Assembly: GCA_038064515.1 (NCBI GenBank)
Contig: JBBTSY010000004.1
Span: forward strand, 96,585 to 160,584
Source of the DNA: Patescibacteria group bacterium
Lineage (GTDB): Bacteria; Patescibacteriota; Minisyncoccia; 2-02-FULL-40-12; GWA2-44-9
Direction of reading: 5' to 3'
Length of the DNA stretch: 64,000 nt
Shown here: positions 8,077 to 18,651 of the stretch, piece after piece
Layout: each line of letters opens with the position of its first letter
Position numbering within the stretch: position 1 is the first letter of the stretch
Position numbers and translations under genes: made by a program
Notes under the pieces: generated by a model
Told to the model about the DNA's origin: nothing
What the model saw: the letters and a program-made list of their open reading frames with translations, nothing else
The model's database searches: none

Positions 8077-9546
8077 TTATTCATCTAACGATTCTTTTTC
8101 TTTGCTCTTGGATGGCTTCTGGTTCTCTAGCCATTCTTTGACCAAGAGCGTTGCGCGGACATCGTCTTCATTATAGCGGAGAAGCCGCTTGAGGATAGAT
8201 TCGTCGCCTTTATCGAGCCACTCGTTATACCAAACTACCGACTCTGCCCCGCCAGCGTTGGGGTTATCCCAGCGATAGCCGAGATGATAAGCAATATCTT
8301 TAAGCGTGTAGAAATAGACCGGCAGGACCACGGAATCTACAAACCGTGTATGGAGGTCAATCGTATTTTCTCGAAACTTGTGAATCAGTTCCGTGGGCGC
8401 GCCATACTGAACTACCATGCGATCAAACACCTGGTTTTCATAGTAAGCATAGTGATAGATGACAAAATCATCGAGTGTGACCAGGAAATCCAAAAAATCC
8501 CGCCACATTTTTTGTTCTTCGCTCTTTTCTTTGGCCAAGAAGTATCGGTATTGTGTTTCTTCCGTTTCCGTATTCTTAATCAGCACGCCCAAAAGATAAT
8601 CAATATCGCGCGTCGGATCGCTTTCGATATCAAAGTATACCTCATGCTTTACCTTCGGAAATTCCGGTTTGCGAAGGATCATCGGCTCACCCGATATGAG
8701 AACTTTTGCCTGGTTATTGAGGCGGACTAATTTATCAAATGGCCACTCTTCCAGCTTACTGCGCAGATCATCAAGATTGGCATCAGCCATATCCTGTACG
8801 GTTTTAATGCCGATGTTGTAGAGCTGGCGCTGATCAGATTGACTAAGGCGATGAATGAGCGAAACGTCGTTACAGCCTTGCGCATCAGAGAGGCATACCG
8901 AGTACCAGGGCGTTCGCTTACATCCGCCCTTAAGAAACGGTGCCGGTTTTTCGCCGTTGAGAACTTTTTCAATTTGCTCGCGGGTCAGATGAAACTGATC
9001 AACAAAATCATTTACTAAAAAAGAGCGTTCGTTATTGTTCGCATCAATTACATAGGCTTCTTTGGGCCGCACGCCTTGGAGTTTTTCCAAGATCAAGCTG
9101 TAAAACACGAGCGGAAACTTGAATTCATCCCGAAGATCGAGTGATTGCTGGGCATCATAAGCAACGTAATACCAATCGCCAAATTCTGACTTCTCCGGCT
9201 CGCCTTGAATCTGGTGAAGGGGACGCGCTTCCAGAAGATCGGGCATACCTACCCACTTGCTGCTCATCAATACGCCATGATAGATATTCTTACCCTGCTT
9301 CATGAGTTCCAGCGTTGCTAGAAATGCTTCGTCGAGGTCGCGGAAAAGTTCGGGTTTAATTTCTTCAAATTTCTTGTGCTCCCGAAGCATCGAGCCGGCA
9401 TCGCGCATTTTTCCTTTGAAAATCGTTTCCAAGAGAGGCGCCATCTGTCGCTTTCGCGTAGAGTCGCCATAAATGTCATACCAAATCCAGTGCGGACATT
9501 GGAAAAATTTATAAAAATGATCGGATGTCAGTTTTGGTGTATCCAT
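8077..9546 (-). CDS. RecB-family PD-(D/E)XK nuclease with a Cas4-like Cys cluster and an RNase-H-like C-terminal domain (TM0106-like architecture).
   Basis: N-terminal FQCPHWIWYD, …GMPDLLEAR…, central CKRTPWYSVCLSDAQGC cysteines, and a C-terminal acidic exonuclease-like region (YFDIESDP…, …YNEDDVRAT…). Confidence 0.45.
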   Translation of the reverse strand: MDTPKLTSDHFYKFFQCPHWIWYDIYGDSTRKRQMAPLLETIFKGKMRDAGSMLREHKKFEEIKPELFRDLDEAFLATLELMKQGKNIYHGVLMSSKWVGMPDLLEARPLHQIQGEPEKSEFGDWYYVAYDAQQSLDLRDEFKFPLVFYSLILEKLQGVRPKEAYVIDANNNERSFLVNDFVDQFHLTREQIEKVLNGEKPAPFLKGGCKRTPWYSVCLSDAQGCNDVSLIHRLSQSDQRQLYNIGIKTVQDMADANLDDLRSKLEEWPFDKLVRLNNQAKVLISGEPMILRKPEFPKVKHEVYFDIESDPTRDIDYLLGVLIKNTETEETQYRYFLAKEKSEEQKMWRDFLDFLVTLDDFVIYHYAYYENQVFDRMVVQYGAPTELIHKFRENTIDLHTRFVDSVVLPVYFYTLKDIAYHLGYRWDNPNAGGAESVVWYNEWLDKGDESILKRLLRYNEDDVRATLLVKEWLENQKPSKSKEKESLDE

Positions 9547-9550
9547 ATAT

Positions 9551-9571
9551 TACGCCCCATGACACTTTTTA
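9551..9571. repeat. 21-bp direct repeat tacgccccatgacacttttta, copy 1. The identical copy 2 at 10099-10119 encodes the C-terminus and stop of SecA.
   Basis: Perfect 21/21 identity seen directly. The two copies flank the 9576-10088 peptidase gene. Confidence 0.8.
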
Positions 9572-9575
9572 ATCT

Positions 9576-10088
9576 TCAATTCCTGTCCACAGGAATCGTT
9601 ATCAAGACAGGGCTGTACTTAAGGTGATTCCGCAAGCTATCAATTCCTTTCTTTATAATATCCTTAGGAATTTTCTTCAATCTTCCATCAGCTGGATCGG
9701 CAATTTTTATAGAATCCTTGTCTTGATTTAATGCTACTACGAAGTGTGGGGCGTGAAGAATTTTTTGAAGATAATAACAATCCAGATAAACAATTACTTT
9801 GCCACTCTCCAAAAGTTTACTAAGCAATTTGGCATCAATTTTTTCATTCACCAATTTAACACCATCACCTTTTTGCTTTTGAAGTTGGCTGAAGTAATAT
9901 CTATTTTCAACATGCGCTATAATTTCTTTTTTATACTTATTGGCAACATAATTAAGCTGTCCAATAAGATAATTAAACTTCCATCCGTGTTTCCAGATTT
10001 CTATCTCATCCTTTCTTGTTTTGCCAGTTACAATAAGAAGGCAGCATGGCAAACAAGTTTCGTATGTTGATTGCTTTATTATCTTCAT
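9576..10088 (-). CDS. Papain-like (C39-like) cysteine peptidase-domain protein, 170 aa, markedly AT-rich.
   Basis: QSTYETCLPCC (Gln-x5-Cys spacing) and downstream HAPHFVVALNQD (His/Asp). GC content is visibly lower than the flanking genes. Confidence 0.45.
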   Translation of the reverse strand: MKIIKQSTYETCLPCCLLIVTGKTRKDEIEIWKHGWKFNYLIGQLNYVANKYKKEIIAHVENRYYFSQLQKQKGDGVKLVNEKIDAKLLSKLLESGKVIVYLDCYYLQKILHAPHFVVALNQDKDSIKIADPADGRLKKIPKDIIKKGIDSLRNHLKYSPVLITIPVDRN

Positions 10089-10097
10089 ATTATCTTC

Positions 10098-12728
10098 CTA
10101 CGCCCCATGACACTTTTTATACTTTTTCCCGCTACCGCAAGGGCAGGGGTCATTCCTGCCCACCTTATCTTTTTCGCCGGCATTGATTGTTTCTTGGTGA
10201 GTTGATTCCGGAGCGCTGATATTGAGCGGGCCGCTCTCATGCATCTGCGGTTTTTCGGGAGCCGTTATAAGTTCAACTTTATAGATTACGTTCGCAACCT
10301 GGGCTTTCACGGATTGCAATAGCTGGTCAAAGAGACGCTGGGCCTCAAGCTTATACTCGACAAGCGGATCGCGCTGGCCATAGGCGCGTAGACGCACAGA
10401 ATCGCGTAGATGCTCCATTTGGTCGATATGATCCATCCATAATTGATCAATCGTGCGCAAGAGCACCATCCGCTCTAGCATTCGCATCTGTTCCATGCCG
10501 GTTTTCTCTTCTCTATCCTTATAGAGTCGCTCCAGCTCGTCGCGGACAAAGGTAATCAAATCTTCGCTATGCCCGCCTTTTACTTTTTCGTCCAGCGCGG
10601 ACGTAAATGGCGCGAGCGACTTCAAGCCCTCGGTAAGCTCGGATGAATTCCACTCACCCGTTTCGGTAGTCGCATGGACGCGGATGATATTCTCAACAAA
10701 CTCGTGAACATATCCCATGATTAAATTTCGCAGATTCTCGGCACCAAGGGCTTTTTTGCGCAGATTATAGATGCTCACGCGATGTTTGTTCATCACATCA
10801 TCGTACTCAAGAACATACTTGCGGGCGTCAAAATTGTGACCCTCAATGCGAGTTTGGGCTTGCTGGATAGCGCTTGAAATAAATGAGTTCTCGATAACAT
10901 CGTCATCACCCACACCCATCGTTTCCATAATTTTCTTGAGGCGATCCCCGCCGAAAATGCGGACAAGCTCGTCTTCCGTGGAAACAAAGAATTGAGAAGA
11001 TCCCGGATCGCCTTGACGTCCCGCGCGGCCACGTAGCTGGTTATCGATGCGGCGCGCTTCGTGACGCTCGGTACCGATCACATGGAGGCCGCCGGCATTG
11101 CAGACTTTCTCCGCCTCTCCCTGGTCGGGCGGATTACCGCCTAAGATAATATCAACACCGCGGCCGGCCATATTGGTTGCAATCGTTACGCCGCCATAGC
11201 GGCCTGCCTGCGCGATGATTTCTCCTTCTCGCTCGTGATTCTTGGCGTTTAATACATTGTGGATAATCCCTTCTTTTTCGAGAATTGTTGAAAGTATTTC
11301 ATTTTTTTCAATAGAAACCGTGCCAACGAGTACCGGCTGGCCATTGGCATTGCGTTCTTTGATCTCCCGAGCGATTGCTCGAAATTTCCCCGTTTCATTT
11401 TTATAGATACGGTCTGGAAAATCTTTACGAATCGCCATTTTGTTCGTGGGAACAGAGATGACATCCAGATTGTAGACTTTATGAAATTCTTCAGCGGAAG
11501 TTTTGGCCGTACCGGTCATGCCGGAAAGCTTTTTATAGAGACGAAAATAGTTTTGGAAGGTAATTGTCGCCAAAGTGCGCGATTCATTTTCAACTTTCAC
11601 GCCTTCTTTTGCTTCGATGGCTTGGTGAAGGCCTTCTGACCAGCGCCGGCCGGGCATCAATCGCCCCGTAAATTCATCAACAATGATAACTTCGCCGTCC
11701 TTGACGACATAATCGCGATCAAGTTTAAAGAGCGCCTGCGCCCGCAGCGCTTGTTCCATGTGGTGGACGTATTTAATGCCGCCTTCATCGTAGATATTTC
11801 CCATCCCCAACTGCTGTTCGACTTTTCCGATGCCGCTTTCTGTAATTGAAACCGCTTTTAGCTTTTCATCAACGACATAATCAGTCTCTCCATTGAGATG
11901 CGGGATGATTTTTGAAAAAGTCTCGTAGAGTTTCGGCGATTCGGCATCGGGAGCAGAAATGATCAGCGGCGTACGCGCTTCATCAATAAGAATAGAATCT
12001 ACTTCGTCGACAATAGCATAGGTATGCGGACGTTGAACCATTTCTTGCGCCGTGGGAACGAGATTATCGCGGAGATAGTCAAAGCCAAATTCATTGTTTG
12101 TGCCGTAGGTGATATCGGCGGTATATGCTTCTCGGCGAGCCACCGGCTTAAGAAATTCGTGAATAACTTTAAAGCTCCCCTCAATATCCCGCTCCTTATC
12201 CAGGGCTTCGCCCTCTGCGGCTTTAGCGAACGAGGGATCATAGCGATAGGCGGAATCATGATTTATACACGCAACCGTCAATCCAAGGACATGATAAATC
12301 TGACCCATCCAGACAGTATCGCGGCGGGAGAGATAGTCGTTGACGGTTACGATATGAACGCCTTCGCCGGCAAGAGCATTGAGGTAAGCCGGAAGCGTGG
12401 CCACCAATGTCTTACCTTCACCGGTTCGCATTTCGACGATCTTTCCTTGATGCAAGGCAATGCCACCCATGAGCTGAACATCAAAATGACGTTTTTGAGA
12501 AACGCGGCGAGATGCTTCGCGCACTGCCGCGAATGCTTCCGGCAAGATGCCGTTAAGCAATTCGCCGTCTAAAATCCGTTTTTTAAATTCTAACGTCTTA
12601 TCGCGCAACTGATCGTCCGAAAGCACTTGGAAATCCTTTTCCAGAGCATTAATAGCGTCTACGATGGGCTGAAGTGATTGAATATACCTGGCGTTGGCAT
12701 CACCAAATACGCGAGAAAGGAAAGACAT
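10098..12728 (-). CDS. secA: Preprotein translocase ATPase SecA.
   Basis: 876 aa. Begins [23 protein letters not shown]. Has DEAD motor motifs (…[20 protein letters not shown]…, …[20 protein letters not shown]…) and the C-terminal zinc-finger tail [15 protein letters not shown]. Confidence 0.95.
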   Translation of the reverse strand: MSFLSRVFGDANARYIQSLQPIVDAINALEKDFQVLSDDQLRDKTLEFKKRILDGELLNGILPEAFAAVREASRRVSQKRHFDVQLMGGIALHQGKIVEMRTGEGKTLVATLPAYLNALAGEGVHIVTVNDYLSRRDTVWMGQIYHVLGLTVACINHDSAYRYDPSFAKAAEGEALDKERDIEGSFKVIHEFLKPVARREAYTADITYGTNNEFGFDYLRDNLVPTAQEMVQRPHTYAIVDEVDSILIDEARTPLIISAPDAESPKLYETFSKIIPHLNGETDYVVDEKLKAVSITESGIGKVEQQLGMGNIYDEGGIKYVHHMEQALRAQALFKLDRDYVVKDGEVIIVDEFTGRLMPGRRWSEGLHQAIEAKEGVKVENESRTLATITFQNYFRLYKKLSGMTGTAKTSAEEFHKVYNLDVISVPTNKMAIRKDFPDRIYKNETGKFRAIAREIKERNANGQPVLVGTVSIEKNEILSTILEKEGIIHNVLNAKNHEREGEIIAQAGRYGGVTIATNMAGRGVDIILGGNPPDQGEAEKVCNAGGLHVIGTERHEARRIDNQLRGRAGRQGDPGSSQFFVSTEDELVRIFGGDRLKKIMETMGVGDDDVIENSFISSAIQQAQTRIEGHNFDARKYVLEYDDVMNKHRVSIYNLRKKALGAENLRNLIMGYVHEFVENIIRVHATTETGEWNSSELTEGLKSLAPFTSALDEKVKGGHSEDLITFVRDELERLYKDREEKTGMEQMRMLERMVLLRTIDQLWMDHIDQMEHLRDSVRLRAYGQRDPLVEYKLEAQRLFDQLLQSVKAQVANVIYKVELITAPEKPQMHESGPLNISAPESTHQETINAGEKDKVGRNDPCPCGSGKKYKKCHGA
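10099..10119. repeat. 21-bp direct repeat, copy 2 (see 9551-9571). It overlaps the last 7 codons and stop of secA.
   Basis: Perfect identity with copy 1. Confidence 0.8.
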
Positions 12729-12910
12729 TTGAATGCCCTATGGTAGCAGAAAAGTTAGTATTCTTCAATCAGGTGAAAAATACGTTACTGTCTTCAAAAC
12801 CATTATGGAGTATTTGCCGAAATGAACCAAAACTCACCGAGCATCGGAATAAGGAATGCCTAGAGCGACTGCCAGCAATTCGCAGAGAATGACGAAATTT
12901 GAGAGAAACG

Positions 12911-12955
12911 AAAAACTGGTCCGAACCCGATGAGGGGAACCAGTTTTTTGTCTTT
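12911..12955. terminator. Hairpin (aaaactggt…accagtttt) with flanking A/T tracts, usable as a terminator in both orientations. It lies between the 3' end of gene 13070-14851 and the long secA leader.
   Basis: Seen directly; TTTTTTGTCTTT follows the stem. Confidence 0.4.
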
Positions 12956-13069
12956 CACAATGAGGAGTGAGTAAAGAATTGCCCAAGGCGCGAACTGCAT
13001 TCTGAATCCGATGCTCGGGAAGTGGCTCAACGGAGACGTCGGGAATATGAAGCAGAGAAGCGAGCTAAG

Positions 13070-14851
13070 TTACCTGGCGATATCAACCCCTGTTCGGTAA
13101 GCATTCAATTCAGCTTCATTGATCGTGAAAATAGCGTTCCAGTCGCGGCCCGATGCCGTAAACTGCTCCCCGGGGATATTGAGCCAATGCTTAGTTCCAT
13201 CGGGCCAGATAGCATAGACTTTCTTGTCATTAATAACCCGGACATAGTTGGAAATTGCGTACTGATTGAATGTCGCGGGATTCACGGGAATTGTCTTGGA
13301 GGGGTCGAGGTGGCCATAAAGGGTGATGATCTCCGGGCGCAGGTAGCGTTTATAACTCCCCCACGTCACATAAGCTTCCGGTTCGGCGTTATCGTGTTTA
13401 ATAAGCGAACCTTCGGGAATCATCTGCCCATTCTCACTCCAGGCAGTTTCACTGGCTCGCGCCTGCTCATATGCGGCGGCATCCACGAGCGATGCCTTCA
13501 CGGAAAAATCAAACGCGGGCATGACACTCACCGATCCCACAGCATCATGTCCGTAGGTGACGGCAAGCATAATTTTTTGGACTTTTTTGCCGGATAATTC
13601 TTCTAAGGGAATGTAAATGATTCTTTTTCCCTGCACAAAATTTATCTTTTGAACTTCATACGTGCCGTCCGTATAGATGGCAAGCGCGGCCACCAGTGTA
13701 GTTTCCGCGGCTTGACCCGTCATATCGATTTTCGCAGTTGCCGCGGAATTGCCGCCGATAAAAAATTCCATCCAAGTTGGTTGCCAATACTTGATGGAGG
13801 CCATCGTGAAAATTTCCGCCTCTGAGAAGAGTATTTTTTGGCTAGTGGGCCCTACGCGGATACCCTGCAATTCAGGACGAGTATATCCATATCGAGAACT
13901 TAATCGATCATTAAAATATGAAGCCACCATCCAATCTATAAATATATCAGAGAATCTCTCCGGCTCATTATTTTGCGATAGAAAATTATTGAGAGAGGCG
14001 ATACCGGCGAAAGAACTCTTTGCCGACTCGCTTAAAATACGCGATCCGTAACGCCCCGTAAGATACTCGGCAAATACCGCGGCAATGCCGTAATCGCCCG
14101 GCAGATTGGCCCATTCAATCAGGCTATCGGATGGCGCGCGCAAGAATGTCTGCATCCGGCGCGAGAGACTCGAAGATTCAAAAGGTGAATTTTGGCCCAG
14201 AAGCGTCGCCGTATACTCCGAGCGCAATTCATTCAACCACACCTCTTCATTCACCCTGCGCAGGTCTCCTTTTTGATATGAAGAGATCAAGTGCTGAAAT
14301 TCGTGGCCTAAAAAAACTGGCATGAGATTCGTTGGCAGAGCATCCATGTTCAGCGAAATCATCTCCCGTTCATTAGAGTCTCTTCCCGGTTCTCGAGCAT
14401 ACGTATGTATGCTGTCAAAATAACCCCCGTTGCTCGTCGTAAGCGCTTCAAGAAGGATGGTTATCCTAGGGTCACCATCGATGCCCGGCTGCGGATCGGA
14501 ACCCCAGAATGCCGTTTCTTGCGGATATATATGCGTATCAAAATCTGATCCCAGTATCTGCATGCTTTGAATTAACGATGCCTGTAGTGACGGCGTTAAT
14601 TGATTCCAATACTTGTCATCGGTATAGAAATACAGGCGATCACTGATGTGACGCAATGTGGCGTCTAGTTGAGTTCGCGCATATTGATCGTACGTTTTAT
14701 TTACAAAGAAAGTCTCCCGCTGACCCAGCACATCTGCTTGGGCTAATGCCGGAACAAACGAAAAAATCGCACCGGCGAAAATGCCTGCCATAAATGTTTT
14801 CGTGATAACGAAGCGAATATTCATGCGAAGGTATGATATTAAGTGTAACAA
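13070..14851 (-). CDS. Secreted putative zinc-metallopeptidase-like protein (HExxH) with a C-terminal NDKKVY…W module shared with the surface proteins at 48-55 kb.
   Basis: Signal-peptide-like N-terminus (…AGIFAGAIFSFVPALAQA). FLGHEFQHLISSYQ contains HEFQH. C-terminal INDKKVYAIWPDGTKHWLNIPGEQF…. Confidence 0.45.
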   Translation of the reverse strand: MLHLISYLRMNIRFVITKTFMAGIFAGAIFSFVPALAQADVLGQRETFFVNKTYDQYARTQLDATLRHISDRLYFYTDDKYWNQLTPSLQASLIQSMQILGSDFDTHIYPQETAFWGSDPQPGIDGDPRITILLEALTTSNGGYFDSIHTYAREPGRDSNEREMISLNMDALPTNLMPVFLGHEFQHLISSYQKGDLRRVNEEVWLNELRSEYTATLLGQNSPFESSSLSRRMQTFLRAPSDSLIEWANLPGDYGIAAVFAEYLTGRYGSRILSESAKSSFAGIASLNNFLSQNNEPERFSDIFIDWMVASYFNDRLSSRYGYTRPELQGIRVGPTSQKILFSEAEIFTMASIKYWQPTWMEFFIGGNSAATAKIDMTGQAAETTLVAALAIYTDGTYEVQKINFVQGKRIIYIPLEELSGKKVQKIMLAVTYGHDAVGSVSVMPAFDFSVKASLVDAAAYEQARASETAWSENGQMIPEGSLIKHDNAEPEAYVTWGSYKRYLRPEIITLYGHLDPSKTIPVNPATFNQYAISNYVRVINDKKVYAIWPDGTKHWLNIPGEQFTASGRDWNAIFTINEAELNAYRTGVDIAR

Positions 14852-14915
14852 TAAACCGGCTGGTTGACAAAAAAGATTATTTTATTTACCGTAATGAGCA
14901 ATAGGCATCAAAACA

Positions 14916-16295
14916 ATGAAAAAAACTGCTCTCTTTGCCGCTGATATTATTATTCTTTACGGGGCCCTGATTGTCATGCTCTTAATTCGCTACCCCGCCG
15001 AGTTCAGGGAACAGCTTTCTCTTCATATCTTTCCTTTTAGTTTTTTATTTGTTATTTGGCTGGTTATTTTCTACATCAACGGATTATTTGACACTCGGAA
15101 CCTTAGAAATAATTCGTGGTTCTATTCCAGCCTTTTACGTTCAATCGGCATTGGCGCCGCCCTCGCCATTGCCTTTCTTTACCTTAGCCCGATTTTTGGC
15201 ATTACGCCCAAAACTAACTTATTTCTTTTCCTTATTTTATTTTCTTTCTTTGCTCTTGGGAGCCGATATTTCTTTAATCGACTCATTGAGAAACGCTTCC
15301 ACAAGCGGACGGTCATCGTTGGCATCAATCCGATTGCCCGTGAGCTCGCCCAGTTCATGAAAAACAATCCCCAGCTTGGTTATGAACTGAAATACATCGT
15401 TGATATCAATCCTGCAACCTTCCAGGATCAGAACAACGAATTCGCCGAATTTGGCATCATCCAAGGATTAGACAACATCGAACAGACAATTAGAAAAGAA
15501 AAGATTTCGGTGGTGATTTTAAGCCCTGAAGCGTATCAAGTGAAAGAAATCATCGATATCTTCTATAAGTCTCTTGAATACGGCGTCAATTTTTATAACT
15601 TGACGGGCATCTACGAGAAAATGACCGGGCGGGTTCCGTTGGATGCCATCAACCAAATTTGGTTCTTGGAAAATATAACAGAAGGAACTCGCCGCACATA
15701 TGAAGCAATGAAGCGGGTTTTTGATATCATCGGCGTATTCTTATTGGGCATTCCCACCTTACTTATGACCCCGATAATTGCTTTGGTAGTACGCTTTGAT
15801 TCACCGGGGCCTATTTTTTACAAACAGCAACGCGTGGGACAGCGCGGCAAAGTTTTCGAAATGTTTAAATTTCGAACGATGATTGCCAATGATGCCCGCG
15901 GCGGAGCAGAAGCGAATACTGGTCCGGTATGGGCACAAGAAAATGATCCGCGCATCACACGGCTTGGAAACTTTTTCAGAAAAACTCGCATGAATGAACT
16001 TCCCCAGATTTGGAATATCTTAAAAGGCGAGATGTCATTTATCGGACCTCGAGCAGAGCGACCGGAATTTCATAATAAGCTGATGCAAGAAATCCCTTTT
16101 TACGAAGAACGCTATCTCGTGAAACCCGGAGCAACCGGATGGGCACAGCTCCAAAAAAGCTACTATGCTTCCGTTATCGAAACAAAAGAGAAACTTCAAT
16201 ACGATCTCTACTATATTAAGAATCGTTCATTGATCCTCGATATAGGGATCATTCTTAAAACTCTCAACCTCGTACTTCGAGGTGGCGGCCGTTAG
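14916..16295 (+). CDS. Polyprenyl-phosphate glycosyl-1-phosphate transferase (bacterial sugar transferase family, WbaP/CpsE-like). Initiating enzyme of glycan assembly.
   Basis: Four to five N-terminal TMs. C-terminal catalytic domain …PIFYKQQRVGQRGKVFEMFKFRTM…DLYYIKNRSLILDIGIILKTL. Confidence 0.8.
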   Translation: MKKTALFAADIIILYGALIVMLLIRYPAEFREQLSLHIFPFSFLFVIWLVIFYINGLFDTRNLRNNSWFYSSLLRSIGIGAALAIAFLYLSPIFGITPKTNLFLFLILFSFFALGSRYFFNRLIEKRFHKRTVIVGINPIARELAQFMKNNPQLGYELKYIVDINPATFQDQNNEFAEFGIIQGLDNIEQTIRKEKISVVILSPEAYQVKEIIDIFYKSLEYGVNFYNLTGIYEKMTGRVPLDAINQIWFLENITEGTRRTYEAMKRVFDIIGVFLLGIPTLLMTPIIALVVRFDSPGPIFYKQQRVGQRGKVFEMFKFRTMIANDARGGAEANTGPVWAQENDPRITRLGNFFRKTRMNELPQIWNILKGEMSFIGPRAERPEFHNKLMQEIPFYEERYLVKPGATGWAQLQKSYYASVIETKEKLQYDLYYIKNRSLILDIGIILKTLNLVLRGGGR

Positions 16296-16311
16296 GCGTC
16301 AAGTTATTCTC

Positions 16312-18561
16312 TTAGAGTTCCCGGCCAAGTTCGCGGGCAAATTCCTGGGCGCTGGGCAAGAGCGACGGATCAATCGTTACTGCCTTGCGCGCCATCGCCA
16401 GCGCGTCATCAACTCTCCCCAGATTTGCGTACGCTACGGCGAGTGACGTGTAGTATTCAGAGTTTTTTGGATTAAGTTTAACAAGCCGCTCGTAAATATC
16501 GGCAAGCGCTTGATAATCCTTCCGAGCGACGTACTGCTGGGCTAAGTTCAGGTAGTCGCTTTCACTCGGCGCATATCCCCGGTCTAAAGCCATATTAATC
16601 ACCCGTAATCCTTCATCGGGATTGCCCCGAGTGATTTCCACAATTCCCCAATACCAATACGACAGTCCGACTTCAGGATTAAGCTCGGCCGCCTGCTTGA
16701 AATACTTAATGGCTGATTCATAATCTTTCTTATTTAGATATCCCTGACCGATTTCATAAAAAGTTCGAATGAATGTAGGAGAAATCTCCAGGGCGCGCAG
16801 AGAATGCTGTAAAGCTATGTCATTGTAAGGTGATTTTGCGTCGCCCCGACCCAAATTGATATTGAGGCGCGATAAATATAGCAGTGGAAGGTAATCGGCA
16901 GGATTTTCATCACGATTTTTCGTGATTTCGTCAATAGCAAGCTTCACCGCGGATTCAACCTCCGGAGTTTGCTGTTTGGCGCCGCTATATTCCAACAAGT
17001 ACTGCCCGAAACGATGGCGAATTTCATACCTGCCCGGAACATTATAGTTCATGGCTTCAGTGAATTTTACTACTGCTCCTGAAAAATCATTAGCCCAGCC
17101 GGCGATAATGCCTCGCGTTGAAGCATAATTTGCCTTAGACGGTATTATGTTCGTCCTGTATATCAAGACCAGAGCAGTAATAGCCAGTAGCGACCCCACT
17201 ATAAAGCGCAAGGCGGGATTAATCCGAACTGGTTGAGGAGAAGCTGTTATATCCCGATCCTTGCCACGCATCAAGAGGAAGGCAATAAATCCTAGTATTG
17301 TAAAAAATACGAGAAGATTAGCCGAGGTATCAAAAATAAACGCATTGTGAATCGCATACGCAACAATGAGCGAAGAAAGACCGATAGTATAGATATAGTT
17401 ATCAGTCTGCGCATGTCGAATGGTGCGCAATGCTCGAAAAGAAAAAAAGAAAATTCCTACATACGTAATGAAGCCAATTAATCCCATAGTCACCAACACT
17501 TCCACAAACATGTTGTGGGCGCGATCAAAAAGCGTTTCTGCGCCGTAACCGGTGAAAAATTTCGGATTGAAGTACTTTGAGAATGGGATATTAAAATTTT
17601 CCGGTCCCCACCCAAGAAGTATTCGCCGAGGGCTTTCGCTCCATCCTTTCAAACCAGCCTGCCATGCCCAAAATCGTGTTTTCGCCGTAAAGGATTCAAA
17701 CGAGGTATCCGTTACGCGGCGCAAAAATTTAGAATTTCCAATAAAACTCGCGTCTTTTAGGGGAGTGATGAGTATTACCACGAAGAGAGATGCTACCGTT
17801 GCAAGGCTTAGCAAAACCAGCTTTGCTTTCCGGGAATTTGTTTTCAAAAAATACCAAAGAGAAAACATTAGTAAGCCGGCCCCTAACCCTAACAACGAGC
17901 CGCGAACCACAGTCATGGTAACCGCCAAGGAGCCCAGAACTACCCCTGTTCCATATACAATCTTTTTAAACTGCGAGTTATTGGGGCGAAGCAGTAATGT
18001 TAGCGCTAAGAAAATATTAACAATCTCATAGCCGGCAAACAACGCCGCATTACCAATCGTACCAAAAATCCTTTCTCTCCCCCCTGAACCGATAAAGAAA
18101 CTGATATTCGTTTTCTGTCCAAAACCGTAGAGAGCAGAAAGAATGGCAGTCGCGATCGTACAGGTAAGGAACGTTTCCCAATGCTCCTGCTTACGCAAGA
18201 CGGCAGTCGCAATAATAAAGAACAAAAAATAATGGAAGAAAGTCCACAGTCCTCCCATACGTTCCAGCGTTCCCCAAAAACTGGCATAGGGCTGAATACT
18301 CGCAAGAGTGGTTACGCTGAAGGCCGCAACAAAAGCCAGGAGCGCCCAAAAAATAATATTCGTTTTTGGACGATATGATCGATCCTGCCAAAGGAGCAAA
18401 AGATAGCCCACAACCATCAGTTCAACAATACTTCTAAACACAACTACTTTGCCGAAATGGAACGGTGAAATAAACTGAGAAAAGATAATCAGCGGCATGA
18501 AAGCCGAAACGTAAATCGTATAGCGCAGAATTCGGGCGAGTAGCGGTTCTGATATCTGCAT
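16312..18561 (-). CDS. O-antigen ligase/polymerase (Wzy_C-like) polytopic membrane protein with C-terminal TPR repeats.
   Basis: About 12 TMs including …GSLLGLGAGLLMFSLWYF…, then a TPR-rich tail (…YYTSLAVAYANLGRVDDALAMARKAVTIDP…). Confidence 0.55.
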   Translation of the reverse strand: MQISEPLLARILRYTIYVSAFMPLIIFSQFISPFHFGKVVVFRSIVELMVVGYLLLLWQDRSYRPKTNIIFWALLAFVAAFSVTTLASIQPYASFWGTLERMGGLWTFFHYFLFFIIATAVLRKQEHWETFLTCTIATAILSALYGFGQKTNISFFIGSGGRERIFGTIGNAALFAGYEIVNIFLALTLLLRPNNSQFKKIVYGTGVVLGSLAVTMTVVRGSLLGLGAGLLMFSLWYFLKTNSRKAKLVLLSLATVASLFVVILITPLKDASFIGNSKFLRRVTDTSFESFTAKTRFWAWQAGLKGWSESPRRILLGWGPENFNIPFSKYFNPKFFTGYGAETLFDRAHNMFVEVLVTMGLIGFITYVGIFFFSFRALRTIRHAQTDNYIYTIGLSSLIVAYAIHNAFIFDTSANLLVFFTILGFIAFLLMRGKDRDITASPQPVRINPALRFIVGSLLAITALVLIYRTNIIPSKANYASTRGIIAGWANDFSGAVVKFTEAMNYNVPGRYEIRHRFGQYLLEYSGAKQQTPEVESAVKLAIDEITKNRDENPADYLPLLYLSRLNINLGRGDAKSPYNDIALQHSLRALEISPTFIRTFYEIGQGYLNKKDYESAIKYFKQAAELNPEVGLSYWYWGIVEITRGNPDEGLRVINMALDRGYAPSESDYLNLAQQYVARKDYQALADIYERLVKLNPKNSEYYTSLAVAYANLGRVDDALAMARKAVTIDPSLLPSAQEFARELGREL

Positions 18562-18651
18562 AGATACTATATATTACACGGATAAGACAGAACGTTCAAC
18601 TTTCCGCACCTTCTTAAATAAATATAATGCATATATTTAGAAGGTGTGGGG

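Noticed and set aside
12674-12892. 72-aa plus-strand ORF in the secA upstream region.
   Set aside because: No RBS or motif. The region is better explained as the long secA leader plus a terminator.
13022-13597. 191-aa plus-strand ORF.
   Set aside because: It lies entirely antisense within the 13070-14851 gene, which has a signal peptide and an HExxH motif.
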